This document shows positions 46,953 through 54,109 of a DNA stretch of 58,923 bases, piece after piece. The notes below the pieces were generated by a model. It ran no database searches and had not been told where the DNA came from. It saw only the letters and a program-made list of their open reading frames with translations. The translations under genes and the position numbers were made by a program. The DNA is taken from positions 1-58,923 of the forward strand of contig CAMNGH010000001.1 of NCBI GenBank assembly GCA_946538065.1, given 5' to 3'. The DNA comes from an uncultured Holosporaceae bacterium. GTDB lineage: Bacteria > Pseudomonadota > Alphaproteobacteria > UBA3830. The stretch's first letter is position 1. Each line of letters starts with the position of its first letter.

Positions 46953-48048
46953 CTACTCCGCTACTTTTGAACTGATAGACGCCTGCAAAAACTCGTCGAT
47001 TTCTCCGTCTAATACAGCAGCAACATTTCCTTTTTCGAAATTGGTTCTTAAATCTTTCACCATTTGATACGGCTGCATAACGTACGAGCGAATTTGGTGC
47101 CCCCAACCGATTTCGTTCTTGTCTCCTGTGTTGGCTTGCTCTTCTTTCTTTCTCAATTCCAATTCATACAAACGAGAACGCAACATTTCAAACGCCGTTG
47201 CCTTGTTACGATGTTGTGAACGATCCGTTTGACATTGCACGACTATTCCCGTCGGGATATGTGTAATGCGAACGGCGCTTTCCGTTTTGTTGACGTGCTG
47301 ACCGCCTGCCCCTGACGCGCGATACGTATCGATACGCAAATCAGAATCGTTTATTTCCACATGTATGGAATCGTCAACAACAGGATACACTCCGACAGAT
47401 GCAAAACTCGTGTGCCGTCTGGCATTGGAATCAAACGGAGAAATTCTGACTAACCGATGTATACCCGCCTCACCTTTCAGCCAGCCATAAGCTTTCAATC
47501 CGCTTATTTTGATGGTAGTGGATTTTATACCTGCTTCTTCGCCGATGCTTTCTTCTATAATTTCAACACCGAAATTATGACTCTCAGCCCAACGAGTGTA
47601 CATACGCAACAGCATTTGAGCCCAATCTTGAGCTTCTGTTCCGCCCGCGCCTGCATGTATTTCCAGATAGCAACTATTCTTATCGGCCTCTCCCGAAAAG
47701 AAACATTCCAACTGATAAACTTTTATTCGCTGTGCTAAATCTTTAAAAGCACTTTCAGTTTCCGCTACCAAAGAAGCGTCATTTTCTTCCTCAGCAAGTT
47801 CCAGCATAGTTTTCAAGTCGTTATATTCCGATTCTGCAGACGTAAATCTGTTAACCTCATTTTCCAACTGAGATTTCCGTTGCATGACCTGTTTAGCTTT
47901 TTCCTGATCCTGCCACAGGTCATTTGACGCACTTAATTCCGCTAATTCCTCAACTTGCTTTTTCAACGTGTCGAGGTCAAAGAAACCTCCGAAGCAAATC
48001 CAGCGATGTATTTATTTCATCAGAGATATGTTTTATTTCTTCACGCAT
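46953..48048 (-). CDS. prfB: peptide chain release factor 2, expressed via programmed +1 frameshift
   Basis: Frame 0 from ATG at 48048 reads MREEIKHISDEINTSLDLLRRFL then an in-frame TGA. A +1 shift at CTT TGA C continues DLDTLKKQVEELAEL... into the 337-aa ORF, which carries the SPF and GGQ (GAGGQHVNKTESAVR) motifs. Confidence 0.93.
47976..47993 (-). promoter_or_regulatory. prfB +1 frameshift site with upstream SD-like element
   Basis: Minus strand reads CGGAGGTTTCTTTGAC: an internal GGAGG SD-like element, 3-nt spacer, then slippery CTT followed by the UGA C stop context (CTTTGAC at 47982-47976). This is the canonical RF2 autoregulatory arrangement. Confidence 0.9.
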
Positions 48049-49310
48049 GGTACTTCCTCGATTTTCTTTTTCGGTTGTTTAATAAACATTACTCCAACTG
48101 CTGCAACAAATGTAATGCATGAGTTAACAAGGAAGGTCGTTTCCGCTCCGCAATGTTTCCAAAGTTCACCTGTTACAATGTTCGAAATACACATACCAAT
48201 GCAGCATATCAAATTAAAGATACCAATAGATGTTCCCTTAATCTGAGGAGGTGAATAATCCGACACCATAGCATAGAATGTACCCTGGGTAGCTCCGTAG
48301 TGAATACCGTAAATTGCAACACCAGCCATGACATGCCAAATTTCCGTCGCGAACGTCAGAACAATACATGAAACCAGCATCATACAGAACCCAAACGCCA
48401 AGAAGATTTTGCGTTCATGTCTATCAGACCAACTTCCGACAATCTTAGACGTTGGAGAGTTAAACAAATACATGAGAGCCAGCACCAACGGCGCATATTT
48501 CACTTCCAATCCCAAGTGTTGCGCACGATATACCAAAAACGATTCGCTGTAACGAGAGCACATAAAAATGAAACAAATGAATAAGTAGAACCAGAAATGA
48601 GACCCCAACTGCTTAATGTCATCTTTTTTAATCGGAAATCCTTTTCTTTTGTCTTTCAATCGAACAATATTCTCCGGTTCTTTTATTCCGAAATATATCA
48701 ATGCAACAGCTATCAAAATAGGAATCGCTGCAAACATGTACACCATACGGATGGTTAGCACTGAACTGCCGAAATAAAGCAAAAGCAAAAATCCGGCTAC
48801 AGAGCCCACCATAGAACCTAAAAACGCAAAACTCTGTCTGATACCGTAACTGGCGCCCTTCAACTCTTTCGGAGCACAATCTGCTATCAACGCATCACGT
48901 GGCGTATCTCTCAAACCATTTGTAATTCTCTCGATTAATTGAGCAGAGACGTACAATCCCAGTCCTTGCGACAATGCAAACATCGGCTTTGCGAAAGCTG
49001 CACACAAATATCCGATGAGCATGAGAATTTTCCTTTTTCCCATCCAATCACTGAGAACTCCGGAAAACATTTTTACAAGATATGAAAGAGCCTCAGACAA
49101 ACCTCTTATATATCCCATCGCGGCAGGAGAAGCACCGAGAATGTTAATAATAAACTCCGCAGAAAAAGCTGTAATAATGACAGAGGCGGAATTCGAAAAG
49201 AAACTGACAATACCGACAATCCAAATCGTTCTCGGTAACGCAGATTTAAGTACGGATGTTGCTGTCGATTGAGAAGCAGTAGAAATATTTTTATTCATTG
49301 ATAAATCCAT
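48033..49310 (-). CDS. MFS transporter
   Basis: 425 aa with about 12 predicted TM segments and MFS-like loop motifs (GVLSDWMGKRK, GSWSDRHERK). The 3' end overlaps the prfB start by 16 nt. Confidence 0.8.
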   Translation of the reverse strand: MDLSMNKNISTASQSTATSVLKSALPRTIWIVGIVSFFSNSASVIITAFSAEFIINILGASPAAMGYIRGLSEALSYLVKMFSGVLSDWMGKRKILMLIGYLCAAFAKPMFALSQGLGLYVSAQLIERITNGLRDTPRDALIADCAPKELKGASYGIRQSFAFLGSMVGSVAGFLLLLYFGSSVLTIRMVYMFAAIPILIAVALIYFGIKEPENIVRLKDKRKGFPIKKDDIKQLGSHFWFYLFICFIFMCSRYSESFLVYRAQHLGLEVKYAPLVLALMYLFNSPTSKIVGSWSDRHERKIFLAFGFCMMLVSCIVLTFATEIWHVMAGVAIYGIHYGATQGTFYAMVSDYSPPQIKGTSIGIFNLICCIGMCISNIVTGELWKHCGAETTFLVNSCITFVAAVGVMFIKQPKKKIEEVPCVKK

Positions 49311-49388
49311 GAATTAATACGCCCTACTTCTAACATAAAATTTACAATTTGGACAGAATATTTTTTGAACTTTTTCAACATTAAACTG

Positions 49389-49418
49389 TTGGTATAAAAA
49401 ATTGTAGTCTGTTATAAT
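49389..49418 (+). promoter_or_regulatory. predicted sigma70-type promoter for SRP RNA (and possibly dnaX)
   Basis: TTGGTA (49389-49394), 18 nt, TATAAT (49413-49418). The predicted start falls ~7-9 nt downstream, at the 5' end of the SRP RNA helix. Confidence 0.5.
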
Positions 49419-49426
49419 CAACCTTT

Positions 49427-49510
49427 GGAGTCGTCAGACGTACAGGATTGCAAACCCGGTCAGGTTCGGAAGAAAGCAGCCGTAGCAACACCGAGCGGGT
49501 TGGCGCCTCC
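49427..49510 (+). ncRNA. ffs: signal recognition particle RNA (4.5S, small bacterial type)
   Basis: Contains CCCGGTCAGGTTCGGAAGAAAGCAGCCGTAGCAA, matching the conserved domain IV of 4.5S RNA (E. coli CCAGGUCAGGUCCGGAAGGAAGCAGCCAAGGCAG). The termini GGAGTCGTC / GGCGCCTCC pair. It occupies the classical position upstream of dnaX. Exact ends are +/- ~10 nt. Confidence 0.8.
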
Positions 49511-49531
49511 TGTTAAGTCGGAAAGAGCAGC

Positions 49532-50791
49532 ATGTGTGTTTATATTCCTTTAGCCAGAAAATACAGACCTCAGAGATTTGCTGATGTAGTCGGGCAAGAT
49601 GTCGCCGTAAAAATTATTACGCGAGGAATGCAAAAAAACAGATTAGGTGCGGCGATGTTATTCTCCGGCACCCGAGGTATTGGAAAAACGACAATTGCAA
49701 GAATTCTGGCAAAAGCCTTTAGGTGTGAAAATTTCGACGGAACAACTGCAGAGCCATGTTGCAAATGCGCATCGTGCTTAAGTTTCGCACACGATAATCA
49801 AATCGACGTTATTGAAATCGATGCGGCAAGCAATACAGGCGTTGATGATGTAAGAGAAATAATAGAATCCTGTCGATATAAACCGACCACAGGGAAATTC
49901 AAAATATTCATTATTGATGAAGTCCATATGCTCTCAAAAAGTGCTTTTAACGCACTTTTAAAAACGTTGGAAGAACCGCCAGAACACGTAAAATTCCTAA
50001 TGGCAACAACGGAAACATATAAAATTCCGGAGACAATTTTGTCTCGCGTTTTAAAGTTTGATTTGAAGCCGGTTGACGCAGGATTGATTACACAATACCT
50101 GTCTTCAGTCTGTAATCGTGAAAACATTTCTGCAGGAGCGGAAGCCCTTTCGTTAATTGCAAAAGCCGCTAACGGTTCTATTCGCGACAGTTTATCAATT
50201 TTAGACCAAGCAATAAACATGTCAGACAACAACACCATAACGGTCGATGACGTAAAAGCTATGCTGTGTTTGTCTGACGATACAGATATTATTGAACTAT
50301 TAAGATTAATTCTCTCTAACGATGTAAAATCCGCTGTTTCAAAATATCGTGAAATCATCAAGGATGATATTTCGAGCACAAGCATAGCGAATTTGCTGTT
50401 AGATTATGTCCATGTTATGACATGCATTAAGACAGGAGTTGCTCCGCTCGAAAACATATATTCAGAAGCGACTATATCAAAACTAAAAGAAATGTCGGGA
50501 AAAGTTTCTCTGCCGGCCCTATCCAAAATTTGGCAAATGCTTATTAAAGGATTAAATGAGCTAAGCATGTGTGAACATCCCGAAATAGCCCTCGAAATGA
50601 TAATTATCAGGATTGTTTACTCATCCGGATTACCGGATTTGTACGAGTTGATACAAAGTTGCGGAAAATCGACAACTTCTGTTGCAAAATCTAAAGAAAT
50701 GCACGATATAAAAAATAGTACGACAAATAATACTGAGACATCTTTAGCCGACTCAGCTATGAGAATGTTTCCAAACGCAAAATTACAATAG
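49532..50791 (+). CDS. dnaX: DNA polymerase III subunit gamma/tau (short, gamma-sized)
   Basis: LARKYRPQRFADVVGQ, Walker A (GTRGIGKTT), a zinc module (CCKCASC), Walker B (FIIDEVHML) and SRV sensor. Only 419 aa. Confidence 0.93.
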   Translation: MCVYIPLARKYRPQRFADVVGQDVAVKIITRGMQKNRLGAAMLFSGTRGIGKTTIARILAKAFRCENFDGTTAEPCCKCASCLSFAHDNQIDVIEIDAASNTGVDDVREIIESCRYKPTTGKFKIFIIDEVHMLSKSAFNALLKTLEEPPEHVKFLMATTETYKIPETILSRVLKFDLKPVDAGLITQYLSSVCNRENISAGAEALSLIAKAANGSIRDSLSILDQAINMSDNNTITVDDVKAMLCLSDDTDIIELLRLILSNDVKSAVSKYREIIKDDISSTSIANLLLDYVHVMTCIKTGVAPLENIYSEATISKLKEMSGKVSLPALSKIWQMLIKGLNELSMCEHPEIALEMIIIRIVYSSGLPDLYELIQSCGKSTTSVAKSKEMHDIKNSTTNNTETSLADSAMRMFPNAKLQ

Positions 50792-50800
50792 GAGGAAAAG

Positions 50801-51112
50801 ATGAATAATAATTTTAATCAATTAATGAAACAAGCTCAGGAAATGCAAGCAAAACTGATGGCAGCTCAAAACAAAATGAATGAGTTGGAAGTTTCCGGCA
50901 CATCAGGTGGTGGCATGGTAACTGTCGTCATCAGCGGTAAAGGAGATATGAAAAAACTCACCATCGATCCGAAATTGTTGTCTCCTGATGACGCAGAAAT
51001 GGTAGAGGATTTGATTGTCGCAGCATTTAACGACGCAAAATCGAAACTCGAAGCAAAAATTTCAGAACAAATGGGAGGTATTCTGCCGGCAGGTATGAAA
51101 TTACCATTTTAG
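50801..51112 (+). CDS. ybaB: nucleoid-associated protein YbaB/EbfC
   Basis: 103 aa with the LMKQAQEMQAKLMAAQNKM...VSGTSGGGMVTVVISGKGD pattern. Strong GGAGG RBS, directly downstream of dnaX. Confidence 0.93.
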   Translation: MNNNFNQLMKQAQEMQAKLMAAQNKMNELEVSGTSGGGMVTVVISGKGDMKKLTIDPKLLSPDDAEMVEDLIVAAFNDAKSKLEAKISEQMGGILPAGMKLPF

Positions 51113-52242
51113 AACTTGGGATCGTAGCCTATTAGCATAGTCCCCGTCCTTTCATCGATAGAGGCAGGTCCACCGCACGTCGCTATTCCGTTATCTTTTT
51201 TGACTAACCGCAGTGTAGCGTCCTTTCCATCGGATTCTAATCGTTTTTTTAAATTAGCCGCATTCACGTTATGCTGTTGACGCCAGGCATTGAAAAGACA
51301 TTGCGTAACCATTAAATTTATAGAATAACGCGTGCTCAGTTTCTTTAAATTTTTCGCAACAGAAGGCATTAGATCGTATCCTCCTTTTATTAATAAAGAG
51401 ATAGTCACTATTTTTTCTCTATTATTTTCCAAAAACACGTTAAACGCTTTTATATTTTGTTCTTCAAGTATTATGAAAATTTCTGCTTCATCTTTGAGTA
51501 CAAGCGATGCAAGAATCAAATTAGTCACATATACAGGCTCATCCTCACAATTTAAATATATCTTGTTTGCAGACTCAAGTAACGCTAGCATCTCACCATA
51601 GCTAATCGAATTAATTTTATGTAAAACGACCTTACCTTTGCGAAATTTTATCTCAACAGAATTTCTTTGTTCTCCTTGAAAAAAGACTCGATCTGAACAA
51701 ATACCCGATCCCCTCGATCTAGTTAACGGCAATTCCACATCTTTGTCTTCACAAGACGACGCTCTCTGTCCGAAAACATTATCCTCTTTCGATCTTTCTC
51801 TAAATTTTTTCTCCCACATAGTTTGACTCGACATCCCTGGTGCCCAGGCTCTTACGGTTTCATAGATTCTGGAATCCAAATCCCTTTTCTCCAGACAAAT
51901 TTTAGCTAGCATCTTCTCTTTGAAATTATTATCATTTTCTAATTTTTCACTAAATCCTTTAAATACTTTCTCAGTTTGACTCGACATCCGTCCCCCTAGT
52001 GCCCATGTTCTCACGGGTTCATAGATTCTGGAATCCAAATCCCTTTTCTCAGACATTTCCTTAATTTGACGCGACATCTCTGGATATATAGATGTCAATT
52101 TCCTCGATGAGCGCTTCTCATCTGGTTCTGGTACCGTTGCACTATCTTTCGGTACTCCCATTCCTTCAACTGCTCCACAGATAAGGACTGTCGCAAACGT
52201 CATCATAAATAGATACTTATTGGTTTTCATTTTTTGCTCCAT
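51109..52242 (-). CDS. secreted repeat protein, unknown function (possible LRR-like C-terminal half)
   Basis: 377 aa with a signal peptide (YLFMMTFATVLICGAVEG). Carries a tandem ~53-aa repeat (EKRDLDSRIYEPVRTWA...MSSQT / EKRDLDSRIYETVRAWAPGMSSQT). The convergent stop overlaps the ybaB stop. Confidence 0.6.
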   Translation of the reverse strand: MEQKMKTNKYLFMMTFATVLICGAVEGMGVPKDSATVPEPDEKRSSRKLTSIYPEMSRQIKEMSEKRDLDSRIYEPVRTWALGGRMSSQTEKVFKGFSEKLENDNNFKEKMLAKICLEKRDLDSRIYETVRAWAPGMSSQTMWEKKFRERSKEDNVFGQRASSCEDKDVELPLTRSRGSGICSDRVFFQGEQRNSVEIKFRKGKVVLHKINSISYGEMLALLESANKIYLNCEDEPVYVTNLILASLVLKDEAEIFIILEEQNIKAFNVFLENNREKIVTISLLIKGGYDLMPSVAKNLKKLSTRYSINLMVTQCLFNAWRQQHNVNAANLKKRLESDGKDATLRLVKKDNGIATCGGPASIDERTGTMLIGYDPKF

Positions 52243-52428
52243 TCTTCATATTCTCAATGCAGATGTCTTACATGTAAATTTACTCCACACAGCAACCTAG
52301 TATAATAATCCACCTTCATATATCAAGTGATTTGATAATCATTTTTCATTTGCTTCTTTCTTAAACGCCATATTTGCATTCGTATTTCAGATGGTTTACT
52401 CTCAAATGTTTCATAATGGAGACGAAAG

Positions 52429-52809
52429 ATGAAAAAAATTATCATTGCGATTATCGGTTGTTTAATCTTACTTTTCGGATTAAAAATGGTAATAGATTCA
52501 GATAAAGGAACAGAAATGACTCAACAATTCACTCAAGTAAGAGCGTCTCATATTTTAGTAGAAACTGAAAAAGAAGCTAATGATATATTGAACAATGTAA
52601 AGAACGGAACAATTTCGTTCGAAGATGCCGCCAAAAAATTTTCAAAATGTCCATCAGGAGCCCAAGGAGGCGATCTCGGATATTTCGGACGAGGAATGAT
52701 GGTTAAAGAATTTGAGGATTCCGCATTTGCGACAAAGAAAGGAGAAATTTCTGCTCCTGTAAAAACCCAATTCGGATGGCATTTAATAAAAGTAATCGAT
52801 AAGAAATAG
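52429..52809 (+). CDS. membrane-anchored parvulin-type peptidyl-prolyl isomerase (PpiC family)
   Basis: N-terminal TM followed by VRASHILV...CPSGAQGGDLGYFGRGMMVKEFEDSAF...KTQFGWHLIKV. Confidence 0.9.
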   Translation: MKKIIIAIIGCLILLFGLKMVIDSDKGTEMTQQFTQVRASHILVETEKEANDILNNVKNGTISFEDAAKKFSKCPSGAQGGDLGYFGRGMMVKEFEDSAFATKKGEISAPVKTQFGWHLIKVIDKK

Positions 52810-52812
52810 AAA

Positions 52813-52832
52813 CTGCCGGGCTTAACCGGCAG
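52813..52832. terminator. bidirectional rho-independent terminator candidate between ppiC-type gene and hcp
   Basis: CTGCCGG-gcttaa-CCGGCAG is a 7-bp GC-rich stem, flanked by AGAAA on one side and CTTTCAGCTTTT on the other. It lies between two convergent stops. Confidence 0.5.
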
Positions 52833-52835
52833 CTT

Positions 52836-53399
52836 TCAGCTTTTGCCTTCTACCTTTAACTTACTGAAGTCGAATTTCATTCCGACTTGTCCGGTTTTTG
52901 TACCTTTAGCGTCGTATTTTATCTTTAAATCTTCAACGGCACTGTAGCCAAACGAAAATATTATGTGATCTCCTGATTGACGATAAAACTTTATCAAACA
53001 GTTTTCATAAGTCAGTTCTTGTGCCGTAACTTGCTTGCCGTGATTGCTTATCAATCTGTGTATATTAATCTCGTCTAAAACTTTTCCGGCGAGCATACCT
53101 TCTTGCAATAGTGGTCCCCATGAACCGTACTTCATGCAAACTATAACATCTTCACCAACAACTTTTCCGTCTCCGGTATGTTCACCTGAAGCATCGTGAG
53201 TTGCGTGTCTTTCAGAACCTGTATCAATCCACAGACACGGAGCCCCGTCTTTTTCCGAACCATCGATATCACTACTGAAAATATCATCGCACTTTATGAG
53301 AAATTGCGGAGTATGACTACCTTTCTTCTTAGCCTCCTCCTCCATCTTCTCTACTTTTTGATCAACACCTCTTATCCTTGCTTCAAAATCTGCATTCAT
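52836..53399 (-). CDS. hcp: divergent Hcp (TssD) tube protein, paralogue 2
   Basis: Collinear by eye with Hcp1-type proteins (FLIKCDDIF.S...CLWIDTG; GKVVGEDVIVCMKYGSWGPLLQEGMLAGK; IIFSFGYSAVEDLKIKY). ATG at 53399 is preceded by AAAGGAGGGAATT; the track start at 53417 is TTG. Confidence 0.72.
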   Translation of the reverse strand: MNADFEARIRGVDQKVEKMEEEAKKKGSHTPQFLIKCDDIFSSDIDGSEKDGAPCLWIDTGSERHATHDASGEHTGDGKVVGEDVIVCMKYGSWGPLLQEGMLAGKVLDEINIHRLISNHGKQVTAQELTYENCLIKFYRQSGDHIIFSFGYSAVEDLKIKYDAKGTKTGQVGMKFDFSKLKVEGKS

Positions 53400-53489
53400 A
53401 ATTCCCTCCTTTTTCAAGTAAGGCGTATTACCTTTTCCAAGCTAATACGCAACAATACTACAAAAACAACACTGTATAGCTTTATCTCA

Positions 53490-54056
53490 CTACTTCAATT
53501 CAACCTTTAAAGATGAACTGTCAAATGCAACAGCTGTATTTCCTATCTTTGTGCCATCTGTACCGTAAGCCGTATTCGTATCCACTACCTTTACAAAGTT
53601 AAATGCAAAAGTAATAACGTCTCCATCCTGGACATACTGTTCTATTTTGCAGACGGTATAATCTATTTGTTGAATTATCACTTTCGTTCCTTCAATACAG
53701 GAGAAACGAATTAAGCTCAAAGCCTTTACGTTTTTACCTTCATACATATATTGCTGAATCAGCGGAGCCCATGAACCATATTTCATACTTACGATAACAG
53801 TTCTGGAAGTAATTCTTCCATCTCCGGTTAACTCACCCCCGGCATCATAAGTCGTTTTCCTAGATGCTCCGACCTTTACCCACAAGCATGGCGTAGAATC
53901 TCCATCAAATCCTTCTACATCACTGTCGAAAAAATCTTCACACTTTATCATCCACTGTGGCAGAACAGACGATACCACAACCTCGTTTAAGCTGCCACTT
54001 TCATCTCTCAGATCCACTGATTGTGAACCGAAATCTTTCCAACTTTTAACAGCCAT
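53490..54056 (-). CDS. hcp: divergent Hcp (TssD) tube protein, paralogue 1
   Basis: 188 aa. WMIKCEDFFDSDVEG...CLWVKVG, GRITSRTVIVSMKYGSWAPLIQQYMYEGKNV and VITFAFNFVKVVDTNTAY align with the Hcp blocks MFIKI.dvKGES / v.dlsftKy.DkstP.L..a...Gk / v.l.f..v.v.Y. Directly downstream of the sheath gene. Confidence 0.75.
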   Translation of the reverse strand: MAVKSWKDFGSQSVDLRDESGSLNEVVVSSVLPQWMIKCEDFFDSDVEGFDGDSTPCLWVKVGASRKTTYDAGGELTGDGRITSRTVIVSMKYGSWAPLIQQYMYEGKNVKALSLIRFSCIEGTKVIIQQIDYTVCKIEQYVQDGDVITFAFNFVKVVDTNTAYGTDGTKIGNTAVAFDSSSLKVELK

Positions 54057-54109
54057 CTAAATCTCCATAACTACTACACAACTTCAACTACTCCATTTAT
54101 CGCCTAGGT

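Noticed and set aside
49798-50385. 195-aa minus-strand ORF inside dnaX
   Set aside because: Antisense shadow of dnaX, which has all the clamp-loader motifs. It has no RBS or motif support.
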